Assembly: GCA_963740355.1 (NCBI GenBank)
Contig: CAVUDW010000002.1
Location: 1,504,001-1,568,000 of the forward strand
From: an uncultured Gemmatimonadaceae bacterium
GTDB lineage: Bacteria > Gemmatimonadota > Gemmatimonadetes > Gemmatimonadales > Gemmatimonadaceae
Length of the DNA stretch: 64,000 bases
Direction: 5' to 3'
Shown here: positions 1 through 9,705 of the stretch, piece by piece
Numbering within the stretch: position 1 is the first letter of the stretch
Layout: each line of letters begins with the position of its first letter
Position numbers and translations under genes: made by a program
The notes under the pieces: generated by a model
What the model saw: only the letters and a program-made list of their open reading frames with translations
Told to the model about the DNA's origin: nothing
The model's database searches: none

Positions 1-343
1 GACGGATCGTGTCGCCCGGCTTCGGGCCGGCGACCGGCTCGATAAGTGCAGCGTGGTCCGCGTACCATTCACAGCAGACGGCGCACTTTTCGACTTCGGC
101 GCGTGCGGCCGTGATTGGCTTGCCCATTTCGAGCGTTGCCATGGTGGCGAGCGTATCGGCATGGTGACGGATCGCGGATGCGATCTGGCGCAGGACGTCG
201 GCGCGTACAGCGGCCGGGGACTGGCGCCAAACCTTCTGCGCGGCATGCGCCCTCGTCAGGCGCTGGTTTGCCTCATCGGTCGAATGCTGCCGGTGTGTGG
301 CAAGGGTGGCTCCGCCGTGCGGGTTGACGCTGGTAAGGGTCAC
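1..343 (-). CDS. NAD(P)-dependent aldehyde dehydrogenase (succinate-semialdehyde dehydrogenase-like), 5' part only; runs off the window edge
   Basis: Not in the ORF track. Manual translation from GTG at 343 (GGGAG upstream) gives MTLTSVNPHGGATLA...ADTLATMATLEMGKPITAARAEVEKCAVCCEWYAD, a typical ALDH N-terminus (SVNP, EMGKP, EVEKC). Confidence 0.85.
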   Translation of the reverse strand, partial: MTLTSVNPHGGATLATHRQHSTDEANQRLTRAHAAQKVWRQSPAAVRADVLRQIASAIRHHADTLATMATLEMGKPITAARAEVEKCAVCCEWYADHAALIEPVAGPKPGDTIR

Positions 344-465
344 GCAAAACACTCCCGAAGGTGAAAGGCGGCGCCACATCGATCGGCCCAGCCGAGCGAT
401 CGCGCACCTCGATACTGAACTTGGGCCACGTCTGTCGGCATTGTGATACCCACTACTTCTTCATC

Positions 466-1554
466 ATGATTATTTCTGATAACTCGCCAGTCGTGCCCGC
501 TTCGATCATCGCCGCCGCCGGCCAGGAATTGAGCACGCCGAAACCAACGGGAAAGTTCCGTGCGGCGGCGATCCTGATCGTACTTGGCTGCAGCATCGTG
601 TGGGCGATGGTGCCGTTTGCGCCCGGCATCCTTGGTGCCGCCGTGTTCTATGTGCTGACGGTGAATGCGTACCGCTGGATGGTGGCGAGGAAGGTGCCGC
701 GATCGCTGGCCGCGACCGCGATGCTGCTGGTCGTGCTGCTGCTGATTCTGGTGCCCGGTGGCGCACTGGTGACGGTGCTCATCGACGAGATCCCAACCGC
801 CATTCGCGGCCTCGATACTGGGCCACTGGTGCGTGCGGTACAGCACCTGCGCATTGGACCGATCAACGTCGGCGAGCAGCTGGCGCGTGCCAGCGGCAGC
901 ATCGGCGCCTGGGTTTCGCAGCAGGTGCTGGGCGCCGTGGGCGGTGCCGCGCGCGGGACGCTGAACCTCGTCATCGCATTGCTGGGCCTGTACTACCTGC
1001 TGCTGGCCGCCGAAGACGTCTGGCCGAAGATCAAGCGTTACCTGCCGTTCACCGACGACGACAGCGAAGACCTCCGCAACAAGTTCTACGAAGTGACGAT
1101 GGCCACGGTGCTCGGCGTCGTCGCGGTGGCTGTCGTACAGGGTGTGCTGGTCGGCGCAGCGTTTGCCGTGCTCCAGCTACCGAATCCGATCGTCTGGGGC
1201 ACCGTCACCGCGATTGCGTCCGTGCTGCCGTTGGTTGGATCGGCATTGGTCTGGCTGCCTGGCTCGATCGTCCTCTTCGCAACGGGCAACGTTGGGCAAG
1301 CGGCCGGTCTTGCAATTTTCGGCGGTGTGGTGGTGTCGAACATCGACAACGTGATGCGCCCTCTGGTCTCGAAGCGCGTGGGCAACCTGCATCCACTCAC
1401 CACGCTGCTCGGCGCCTTCGCCGGCATCGAATACATCGGATTGATCGGTGTGCTGCTTGGACCGCTCGCCATCACCTGGTTCTTCGAACTGATGATGATC
1501 TACGACAAGGAATACGGGTTGACGGATCGCTTCAACCTGTTGACCAAGTCGTGA
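466..1554 (+). CDS. AI-2E family transporter
   Basis: Multi-TM protein with family motifs LPLVGSALVWLP, IDNVMRP, LHPLTTLLG and GLIGVLLGP. Start trimmed to ATG 466. Confidence 0.85.
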   Translation: MIISDNSPVVPASIIAAAGQELSTPKPTGKFRAAAILIVLGCSIVWAMVPFAPGILGAAVFYVLTVNAYRWMVARKVPRSLAATAMLLVVLLLILVPGGALVTVLIDEIPTAIRGLDTGPLVRAVQHLRIGPINVGEQLARASGSIGAWVSQQVLGAVGGAARGTLNLVIALLGLYYLLLAAEDVWPKIKRYLPFTDDDSEDLRNKFYEVTMATVLGVVAVAVVQGVLVGAAFAVLQLPNPIVWGTVTAIASVLPLVGSALVWLPGSIVLFATGNVGQAAGLAIFGGVVVSNIDNVMRPLVSKRVGNLHPLTTLLGAFAGIEYIGLIGVLLGPLAITWFFELMMIYDKEYGLTDRFNLLTKS

Positions 1555-1679
1555 TGCGCGGGTGGACACATCGGAGTGGAGTGCGCGACATGAGGCATAT
1601 GCCGGTGCCCGCGTGCAATGGATTGCAGTCGCACGAAAACGTATAGGCGCATCGCGCTCCCCCGGCGCACCTTGGCGCC

Positions 1680-3230
1680 GTGCTTGCCTCTCTCCGCTCC
1701 GCCGCCATACTCGGCATCGACGCCTGCTCGATCACCGTCGAGGTCAACGTCTCCCAAGGGCTGCCGCTCTGGACGATCGTTGGCCTCGCCGACAGCGTCG
1801 TCAAGGAGTCGAAGGAACGGGTCGTGGCCGCTCTCCGCGAATGCGGCTTCCGCATTCCATCCCAGCGTGTGCTGGCCGCACTCTCACCCGCCGATGTACG
1901 GAAGATCGGGAACGGCTACGATCTCCCCATCGCGCTCGGCTTTCTCGTCGCGACCGGCCAGCTCCCACCAGACGCCGTGGCCAACCTGGTCGCGATCGGT
2001 GAACTCGGCCTCGATGGCTCTCTCCGCGCAGTGCGAGGCGCACTCCCCGTCGCACGGATGCTGGCCAGTCGCGAGGATCGCGCAACACTGCTGGTGCCAC
2101 CAACGAACGTGAACGAAGCGGCGCTGGTGCAGGGCGTGCGCATCGCCACGGCCAGCTCATTGCGCCAACTCGTGGCGGCGCTGCAACGTGGCCCACTACC
2201 GACGGCCCTCGCGACGGTGACGCCGGAAGTGAACGCGCCGGAGATCCCTGATTTCGCCGATGTCGTCGGACAACCCGCGGCAAAACGCGCACTCCTGATC
2301 GCCGCTGCAGGGGGACACAACCTCGCGATGTCCGGCCCGCCCGGCACCGGCAAGACCATGCTCGCGCGCCGGATCCCAGGCATCATGCCGCCGCTCACCG
2401 ACCAACAGCTCCTCGACGTCGTCGCGGTGCACTCGGTCGCCGGGACACTCAGCGATGCCCAACTGCACGCGCGCATCGCGCCCTTCCGCGCGCCACACCA
2501 CACCGTCTCCATCGCCGGATTGATCGGGGGCGGCAGCGGACCGCGACCGGGAGAAGTCAGCCTCGCACACGGCGGTGTGCTGTTTCTCGACGAATTGCCC
2601 GAACTCCAGCCCGCCGCGCTCGAGGCCCTGCGCCAGCCACTCGAAGATCGAATGGTCACCATCGCGCGCGTAGCCGGATCCATCCGTTTCCCATCCGACG
2701 TGCTGCTGGTGGTGGCCATGAATCCCTGCCCGTGTGGATTCGCCGGGCACGCCACCATCACCTGCCAATGCGATGAACGCGCGCTCGCGCGCTACCGCCG
2801 CCGACTCTCCGGCCCACTCACCGATCGCATCGACCTCCACGTTCCCGTCGGCACCGTGCCGCTGGCCGATCTCGATACCACCCCGCGGCCCCCCGAATCC
2901 GCCGCGATTCGCGCGCAGGTCATCGCTGCCCGCGCCCGCCAGCTGGCCCGCTTCGAGAGCCTGAACGCCTCCGTCGCGCCCAGACGCCTCGCCTCGCAAG
3001 GCAACTTCCTCCCCGCGGCCCTCACCCTCCTTCGGGATGCCAGCGAGCGACTCGGCCTCTCGGCACGCGCCTGGCACCGCAGCTTGCGCGTGGCCCGGAC
3101 CATCGCCGACCTCGCCGATGTCGAGACCGTCGGTGCGGCCGCTGTCGCAGAGGCGCTCCGCTATCGACGGGTCTCGCCCGGGGCGTCCGAGCTCAGCAGC
3201 CCACGTCCGCCGACACTCCGGCCCGGCTGA
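1680..3230 (+). CDS. comM: YifB/ComM family Mg-chelatase-like AAA+ ATPase
   Basis: N-terminal VEV..GLP..IVGL..VKESKERV, Walker A GPPGTGKT, PFRAPHH, GEVSLAHGGVLFLDE, AMNPCPCG, RVARTIADL. Confidence 0.9.
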   Translation: MLASLRSAAILGIDACSITVEVNVSQGLPLWTIVGLADSVVKESKERVVAALRECGFRIPSQRVLAALSPADVRKIGNGYDLPIALGFLVATGQLPPDAVANLVAIGELGLDGSLRAVRGALPVARMLASREDRATLLVPPTNVNEAALVQGVRIATASSLRQLVAALQRGPLPTALATVTPEVNAPEIPDFADVVGQPAAKRALLIAAAGGHNLAMSGPPGTGKTMLARRIPGIMPPLTDQQLLDVVAVHSVAGTLSDAQLHARIAPFRAPHHTVSIAGLIGGGSGPRPGEVSLAHGGVLFLDELPELQPAALEALRQPLEDRMVTIARVAGSIRFPSDVLLVVAMNPCPCGFAGHATITCQCDERALARYRRRLSGPLTDRIDLHVPVGTVPLADLDTTPRPPESAAIRAQVIAARARQLARFESLNASVAPRRLASQGNFLPAALTLLRDASERLGLSARAWHRSLRVARTIADLADVETVGAAAVAEALRYRRVSPGASELSSPRPPTLRPG

Positions 3231-3254
3231 GGCACAATCCGTGCTGTCTCCCTT

Positions 3255-6200
3255 ATGCTTCGCAACACGGACGCCAATCCGTCCGTTGTCCCGCCAATGG
3301 CGCTGCCTCGTCGCCACGTCGCCGCACGCCACGTCGCCCTCCGCCGCCACATGCCAGATTCGTCGACCCGCACGCCGCGACATTCGTCGGCCGATCCGTT
3401 GGGATCGGGCCCGGCGGAGCTGCGCGGCGGCGAGTTCGCGAATCCCGGCACCCGAGCCGCAGCGTACGCACCCGTGGGACCCGCACTGCGACGCATCGTC
3501 GATACACTCACCGCGCTCGGTGATGCCGTCATCGTCACGACGCTCGACGGCACCGTCGTGCTCTGGACGCCCGCCGCGATGAACGTGCTCGGCTGGTGCA
3601 GCGACGACGCGCTCGGCAAGTCGTTCATCGAGCTCCTGGACCCGACGCCGGCAGACGTCGACGCACCACGTGCGTCATCCTTCCTGACGGACACACACTG
3701 GCAGGGTGCCGCAGGCGTGCGCCACAGCGAGCGCGGACGGATGACCGTGCACCTGTCCATGGCGCAAGTCAGCCTCGATGATCCCGACGATCCGCGGCGC
3801 ACGGGCATGGTGTTGCGCGTTCGACCGTTCGCCGAACGACCACGACTCGCGGGGCCAGAGAGCCTGGACCCCTTGCTGCTCGAACGCGCCCTGGAACATG
3901 TCGAAGATGTCGTGATCATCACCGCGGGCCTGCCCACCGATCCGTCGTCAGCCCGCATCGTCTACGTCAATCAGTCGTTCGAACGCACGACCGGCTTTCG
4001 ACGGGATGAGGTGATCGGGCGGTCGCCGACACTGCTGCGTGGCCCCGACACCGATCGCGGCGCATCGGAACGCATCGACGCCGCCGTGCGCGATCGCCAG
4101 CGCGTCCGCGAGGAACTGCTCAACTACACCAAGCACGGCGAACCCCTCTGGCTCGATGTCGACATCATCCCCGTCGATGGACCGGGTGGCAACTACATGC
4201 AGTGGGTGGCCGTCGAACGCGACGTCACGTCACAGAAAGGGCAGGAGGTTGCTCTCCGCGCCCGCGAGGAGCGTCTGCGCCTTGCACTCAACGCCGTCTG
4301 GGATGGGCTCTGGGATTGGCATGTACCCACCGGCTACTGCTACTACGCGCCGCGCTGGTACTCGATGCTCGGGTTCGTGGAACATGCGCTCCCGCCGCAC
4401 ATCGACACCTTCCTCGATCTCCTCCACCCGCTCGACCTTCAGGCCTGTGAACAGGCGTTGCGCGACCATTTCGATGGGCGCACCGACACCTACGCGCTCG
4501 AGGTGCGGCTGCGCACCGCGGATAACGCGTGGCGATGGGTGTTGACGCGCGGCACCGTCGTCGAACGTGACCAGCACGGACGCCCCGTCCGCATGGTCGG
4601 CACACATACCGACATCGCGGAACGCAAGCAAGCCGAACTCGCCCTCCGCACCAGCGAGGACCGTTTTCGCACGCTCACGATGGCGTCGCCACTCGGCATT
4701 TTCCTCACCGATGCGGCTGGGGAATGCACGTTCGTGACGCCCCGGATGCTCGATCTCTGGGGAGCGCCCGTCGACGCCCTCCTCGGGCGAGGGTTCCTCG
4801 ACGCCGCACACCCCGACGACAGCGCGCGAGTGCACGCCGCCTGGCAGACTGCGGTGCGCGATGGCGGGGAACTCAGCATGGAATACCGCGTGCTGCGCCC
4901 TGATGGTGATGTGCGCTGGATCTGCGAGCGAACCGCTGCGCACCGCGACGGACCACTCGTGACCGGATTCGTCGGCACCGTCGAGGACATCACCGCGCAG
5001 AAGCTCGCAGCCGATGATCGGCGACGCCTCGAGGCGCAGATGCAGCATGCGCAAAAACTCGAAAGCCTCGGCGTGCTCGCCGGTGGGATCGCCCACGACT
5101 TCAACAACCTCCTCGTCGGCATCCTTGGCAACGCCAGCGTGGCCCGTGAGGATGTCGAACCCGGAACGCCCACCGAGGAAATTCTCGGTGACATCGAGAT
5201 GGCCGCGCGGCGCGCGGCCGAGCTGACCACGCAGCTCCTCGCCTACGCCGGGAAGGGGCGCTTCAACGTGCAGCCGCTCGATGTCTCGGCCGCCGTGCGG
5301 GAAACCTCGCTGCTGCTGCAGTCCGCAATCTCGAAGCGCGCGACACTGGTGATGCAGCTGGTGGACGATTTGCCGGCCATCGCCGCCGACGCCACGCAGG
5401 TGCGCCAAGTGATCATGAACCTGCTCACCAACGCCTCGGATGCGTTGGATGATCATCCCGGCGAGATCGCGCTCACCACCGGTCGCATGTTTGCCGACGG
5501 CGAATACCTCGCCGAGTGCCTCGCGGCGGACGGGGTCAGTCCAGGGGAGTTCGTCTTCGTGGAAGTCGCCGATACCGGTGTCGGCATGAATGCTGAGACG
5601 CTGGCGCGCATCTTCGACCCGTTCTTCACCACCAAGTTCACCGGACGGGGACTCGGCCTCGCTGCCACACTCGGCATCGTGCGCGGGCATCGCGGCGCGT
5701 TGCATGTGCGGAGCGCGCTGGGATCGGGCACCGTTTTCCGGGTCTTGTTTCCGGTCGCGGCGTCGCGTGAACCCACCAGTCGCACGCCGCGGTCGGTGGT
5801 CGCCATTCCGCGCTCCGGCACCATCCTGGTCGTGGATGACGAGGAAACCGTGCGTGGCGTCGCACGCCGCATGTTGGAGCGTCGCGGCTATGTCGTCCTC
5901 GAGGCCAGCGACGGTGACGACGGTCTTCGCGCGTTTGCCGAGCATGAGGCGAGCATCGTGGCCATCGTGCTCGATGTCACCATGCCGCGCGTCAGTGGAA
6001 CGGAAGTCCTGGCTGACCTGCGGCGCAGGGGAAAGCAGGTGCCGGTCGTCCTCGCGAGTGGCTATACCTCACAGTCGCTTGCCGCACCGATCGCTGGCGA
6101 ACCGGCACCGATCTTCGTTCAGAAGCCCTTCGTCACCGCTGAATTGCTGGCCGGCATTGATTCAGCGCTGGCACGCTACCTCGAGCAGTCACACCGCTGA
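3255..6200 (+). CDS. Multi-PAS hybrid sensor histidine kinase/response regulator
   Basis: Four PAS/PAC segments, H-box GGIAHDFNNLL, N-box NLLTNASDA, FDPFFTTK..GRGLGL, C-terminal receiver (VVDDE, LDVTMP, KPF). Start uncertain. Confidence 0.9.
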   Translation: MLRNTDANPSVVPPMALPRRHVAARHVALRRHMPDSSTRTPRHSSADPLGSGPAELRGGEFANPGTRAAAYAPVGPALRRIVDTLTALGDAVIVTTLDGTVVLWTPAAMNVLGWCSDDALGKSFIELLDPTPADVDAPRASSFLTDTHWQGAAGVRHSERGRMTVHLSMAQVSLDDPDDPRRTGMVLRVRPFAERPRLAGPESLDPLLLERALEHVEDVVIITAGLPTDPSSARIVYVNQSFERTTGFRRDEVIGRSPTLLRGPDTDRGASERIDAAVRDRQRVREELLNYTKHGEPLWLDVDIIPVDGPGGNYMQWVAVERDVTSQKGQEVALRAREERLRLALNAVWDGLWDWHVPTGYCYYAPRWYSMLGFVEHALPPHIDTFLDLLHPLDLQACEQALRDHFDGRTDTYALEVRLRTADNAWRWVLTRGTVVERDQHGRPVRMVGTHTDIAERKQAELALRTSEDRFRTLTMASPLGIFLTDAAGECTFVTPRMLDLWGAPVDALLGRGFLDAAHPDDSARVHAAWQTAVRDGGELSMEYRVLRPDGDVRWICERTAAHRDGPLVTGFVGTVEDITAQKLAADDRRRLEAQMQHAQKLESLGVLAGGIAHDFNNLLVGILGNASVAREDVEPGTPTEEILGDIEMAARRAAELTTQLLAYAGKGRFNVQPLDVSAAVRETSLLLQSAISKRATLVMQLVDDLPAIAADATQVRQVIMNLLTNASDALDDHPGEIALTTGRMFADGEYLAECLAADGVSPGEFVFVEVADTGVGMNAETLARIFDPFFTTKFTGRGLGLAATLGIVRGHRGALHVRSALGSGTVFRVLFPVAASREPTSRTPRSVVAIPRSGTILVVDDEETVRGVARRMLERRGYVVLEASDGDDGLRAFAEHEASIVAIVLDVTMPRVSGTEVLADLRRRGKQVPVVLASGYTSQSLAAPIAGEPAPIFVQKPFVTAELLAGIDSALARYLEQSHR

Positions 6201-6231
6201 GTCCTGGCCGTCGCACGCAGGACGGCGTCGC

Positions 6232-6624
6232 TCAGTTCCTCGTGTTGGCCGTGATCGGCTCGAGCAGCTTCGCGATGGAATCGAGCAGGATGTTTTCGTC
6301 GATGATCGGCTTGGCCACGTAACTGTCGAAGCCGGCCTGCAGAAACTTCTCGCGGTCGCCGCTCATGGCGTGCGCGGTGAGGGCGACGATCGGCAGCTGC
6401 CGCAGTCGCGGATCGGCACGGATCTCTCGCGCCACTGCCAGGCCGTCCATCTCGGGAAGCGAGATGTCGAGCAGGACGAGGTCCGGCGGTGATTCGCGGA
6501 GCCCGTTCAGCGCTTCGATGCCGGTGGCGTATTCGGTGATGTCGTACAGGTCCTCGAGCAGCGCCTGGACCAGCAGACGGTTGTCCGCGTTGTCCTCGAC
6601 CACGGCGATTCGTTTACGCGTCAT
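6232..6624 (-). CDS. Single-domain response regulator (CheY/DivK-like)
   Basis: VVEDN, LLDISLPEMDG, ALTAHAMSGDREK, KPI. Confidence 0.9.
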   Translation of the reverse strand: MTRKRIAVVEDNADNRLLVQALLEDLYDITEYATGIEALNGLRESPPDLVLLDISLPEMDGLAVAREIRADPRLRQLPIVALTAHAMSGDREKFLQAGFDSYVAKPIIDENILLDSIAKLLEPITANTRN

Positions 6625-6852
6625 GCCTGCGACTCCTTCGGATGGTGCGCGACGAGGTCGCGGCCGAGCGGCGCTCCGGGCGTCTTCTGCTGGAAGCGCG
6701 ACGGTGCGAGTAACGGGATACCGGCGAGTATCGTCGTCTCTGTGGGGTACATGAAGCCGGTGAGGCTCCCCACGGCCCTCCGGGCGACTAACCTTGCCCC
6801 GAGGCGTCTGCGGGCGCCGCCCCCGAATTCCCGATTCCCGGAGTCGTCCGTC

Positions 6853-7554
6853 GTGTTTGGTTGCTTCCGTCGCCTGATCAGCCTCGTCATCCTCGCCGTC
6901 GTCGGCGTCGGCCTGTACCTCACCCGGGACGCTTGGTTGCCCACGGTCCGGAAGGCGATCGGTTCGACGAGTGGCGCTGCACCCGCTGCTTCTGGCGCGG
7001 ATTCGACCGCGCGAGCGAAAGCCGACACCGGGTGGGCGGCGCTGTCCTATCCGGCCAAGGAGAAGGGCCGTCGCTCTGCGGCACGCCTCCAGCAGTCGAA
7101 GGGCCCTGCCTACGTCACCGTCTCGGCCGAGGAGTTCGCCGCCGCCTTCCTCGATTCATTGTCGGCCCAGCTGCCAGCGAGTACGGAGAGTCTCGTCGTG
7201 CGGGCGCAGGGCAACGAATTCCAGGTGCGCGCGTCGCTCAAGCTCGGTGACCTCGGTGGTCGGGCCGTACTCGGACCGCTGGCGTCGATGGTCGGTGAAC
7301 GCGAACGGGTGACGCTCGGTGGAACCCTCGAACCGACGTCCGTGGCGGGGGTAGCGCAGTTCAAGCTGACTCGCGTTCGGGTCGGCGACTTTGCAGTGCC
7401 CAGTCCCGTCGTGCCGCGACTCGTGAAGGCGCTCAAGCGCGGCACGGGTGCCGTGGGCGTCGAGGCCAGCGCACTGCCCATTCGCCTGCCGGCCGGCGTC
7501 GGTGACGTCCGTGTCTCGCAGGGCAAAGTCACGCTTTACCGTGCCACCCCGTGA
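6853..7554 (+). CDS. Hypothetical membrane-anchored/exported protein
   Basis: GTG start after GGAG; N-terminal hydrophobic helix (RRLISLVILAVVGVGLYL); stop overlaps the next start (GTGA). Confidence 0.7.
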   Translation: MFGCFRRLISLVILAVVGVGLYLTRDAWLPTVRKAIGSTSGAAPAASGADSTARAKADTGWAALSYPAKEKGRRSAARLQQSKGPAYVTVSAEEFAAAFLDSLSAQLPASTESLVVRAQGNEFQVRASLKLGDLGGRAVLGPLASMVGERERVTLGGTLEPTSVAGVAQFKLTRVRVGDFAVPSPVVPRLVKALKRGTGAVGVEASALPIRLPAGVGDVRVSQGKVTLYRATP

Positions 7555-8927
7555 ACCGACGCATTCTCGTCATCGATGATGAAGCCCCGATCCGCTCTGC
7601 ACTCAGCCAACTGCTCGAGTACGAGGGGTACGAAGTCCGCACCGTCGCCAATGGCGCCGATGGCCTGACGGAGTACGACAAGTTCCGGCCGCATCTGGTG
7701 TTCAGCGATGTGAAGATGGCCGGCATGGATGGCCTCGATGTGTTGCGTGCGCTGAAGGTGAAGGACTCGCGTGCGCTGGTGGTCATGATCAGCGGTCACG
7801 CGACCCTCGCCACCGCCGTCGAAGCCACGCAGGCCGGCGCGTACGACGTGATGGAGAAGCCGCTCGACACCGACCGGATCCTCGTGCTCCTGCGCAACGC
7901 GCTGCGACACCTGGATCTCGAGGAGGAGAACGCCACCCTGCTCGAGCAGCTCGATGCGCGTCGCGAAATCGTGGGGCAGAGTCACGCCATCGTCTCGCTG
8001 ATGGAGCGCATCGACAAGGTCGCAGGCACACCGGCACGGGTGCTGATCACCGGCGAGAACGGCACCGGCAAGGAGCTCGTCGCACGCGCGGTGCACCGCG
8101 GATCGACGCGCGCCAAGAAGCCGTTCATCGAGGTGAACTGCGCCGCGATCCCAGGAGAGTTGATCGAGAGCGAACTGTTCGGCCACATGCGCGGGTCGTT
8201 CACCGGCGCGATTTCCGACCGGCCCGGCAAGTTCGAGCAAGCCGATGGCGGCACGCTCTTCCTCGATGAAATCGGCGACATGTCGCTGGCGGCGCAGGCC
8301 AAGGTGCTTCGCGTGCTGCAGGACGGCGTCGTCACGCGCATCGGCGGCAACAAGCCGGTGCAGGTGGACGTGCGCGTGCTCGCCGCCACGAACAAGGAAC
8401 TGGAGCACGAAATCGCCGAAGGACGATTCCGTGAGGACCTGTTCTATCGGTTGAACGTGGTGCCGATCAGTGTGCCGCCACTCCGCGAACGGCGCGAGGA
8501 CATTCCGCTGCTGATCGCGTTCTTCGTGCAGCAGATGGCCCAGCGGGATGGCATCGCCCCGCGACGCTTCGCCGTCGATGCCGTGCAGGCGCTCACGGAA
8601 CTCGACTGGAGCGGCAACGTGCGCGAGTTGCGCAATACCGTCGAACGGCTGCTGATCCTCGCGGGCGGTGACGGCATCACCGTGGCCGACGTGCATCGCC
8701 TCGTCGGGCGCCCCAGTGCCGACACCGCTGGACTCGGTGCACTGATGCAGTGCAAGAGCTTCGAGGATTTCAAGCTCGCCGCGGAGGAAGCCTTCCTGCG
8801 CGTGAAGTTGCGCGAGCATGACTGGAACGTGAGCGAGACCGCGCGTGCGCTCGATATGCCACGATCGAACCTGTACAAGAAGATCGAACGGTACGGCCTG
8901 GTGCGGGCCGGCATGGCCGCCACCTGA
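7551..8927 (+). CDS. Sigma-54-dependent response regulator (NtrC/NtrX family)
   Basis: Receiver, AAA+ domain (GENGTGKE, GSFTGA, LFLDEIGD, GNVRELRN) and Fis-type HTH. Confidence 0.92.
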   Translation: MNRRILVIDDEAPIRSALSQLLEYEGYEVRTVANGADGLTEYDKFRPHLVFSDVKMAGMDGLDVLRALKVKDSRALVVMISGHATLATAVEATQAGAYDVMEKPLDTDRILVLLRNALRHLDLEEENATLLEQLDARREIVGQSHAIVSLMERIDKVAGTPARVLITGENGTGKELVARAVHRGSTRAKKPFIEVNCAAIPGELIESELFGHMRGSFTGAISDRPGKFEQADGGTLFLDEIGDMSLAAQAKVLRVLQDGVVTRIGGNKPVQVDVRVLAATNKELEHEIAEGRFREDLFYRLNVVPISVPPLRERREDIPLLIAFFVQQMAQRDGIAPRRFAVDAVQALTELDWSGNVRELRNTVERLLILAGGDGITVADVHRLVGRPSADTAGLGALMQCKSFEDFKLAAEEAFLRVKLREHDWNVSETARALDMPRSNLYKKIERYGLVRAGMAAT

Positions 8928-9646
8928 TGTCACGCGTCAATCGTTTCGGTCAGCCGATCGGGGATGCGGTGCTCAACTGGAAGCCGCCCATCGCACCACC
9001 GCGTGACGTCATCCACGGACAGCGCTGCGATCTCGAGCCCCTCGATCTCGAGAAACATGGTGACGCGCTCTTCGAGGCGAATGAACGCGGCGATGGCAGC
9101 AACTGGACGTATCTCTTCAACGAGCCGCCGACCTCGCGTGACGCGTACCTCGAGTACATGCGCAGCACCTTTCTCGGCGACGATCCACTCTGCTTCGCGA
9201 TCATCGATGCGGCGAGTGCGCAGGCGGTCGGCGTGGCGAGCTACATGCGGATCACACCCGCGGCTGGCTCGATCGAAGTCGGGCACATCAATTTCTCGCC
9301 CGCGTTGCAGCGTACGCCGATCGCCACCGAGGCGATGTACCTGATGATGAAGACGGTCTTCGATCTCGGCTATCGGCGATATGAGTGGAAGTGCGATTCG
9401 CTGAACGCGCCGTCGCGAGCGGCGGCACAACGCCTGGGGTTTTCGTTCGAGGGCGTCTTCCGGAACGCGCTGGTCTACAAGGGGCGCAATCGCGACACGG
9501 CGTGGTATTCGATTACCAATAGCGAGTGGCCGGCGATTCGGGGCGCCTTCGAGCAGTGGCTGGCACCGGAGAACTTCGATGCGCATGGGTCGCAGCGCGT
9601 CCAGCTCAGGTGGCTGACCTCCAAGCTCCTGCGCGCGGTTGGCTAG
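8927..9646 (+). CDS. GNAT family N-acetyltransferase (RimJ/RimL-like)
   Basis: IEVGHI, LGYRRYEWKCDSLN.PSR.AA.RLGF.FEG, KGRNRDTAWYSI. Confidence 0.88.
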   Translation: MSRVNRFGQPIGDAVLNWKPPIAPPRDVIHGQRCDLEPLDLEKHGDALFEANERGDGSNWTYLFNEPPTSRDAYLEYMRSTFLGDDPLCFAIIDAASAQAVGVASYMRITPAAGSIEVGHINFSPALQRTPIATEAMYLMMKTVFDLGYRRYEWKCDSLNAPSRAAAQRLGFSFEGVFRNALVYKGRNRDTAWYSITNSEWPAIRGAFEQWLAPENFDAHGSQRVQLRWLTSKLLRAVG

Positions 9647-9705
9647 ATTTCAGGACTCCGCGCCAACGGGACAGCTCCGGGGCGCCTCCCCCTCCTGTTC
9701 GCCTC

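Noticed and set aside
53..364. 103-aa plus-strand ORF
   Set aside because: Antisense to the partial aldehyde dehydrogenase gene.
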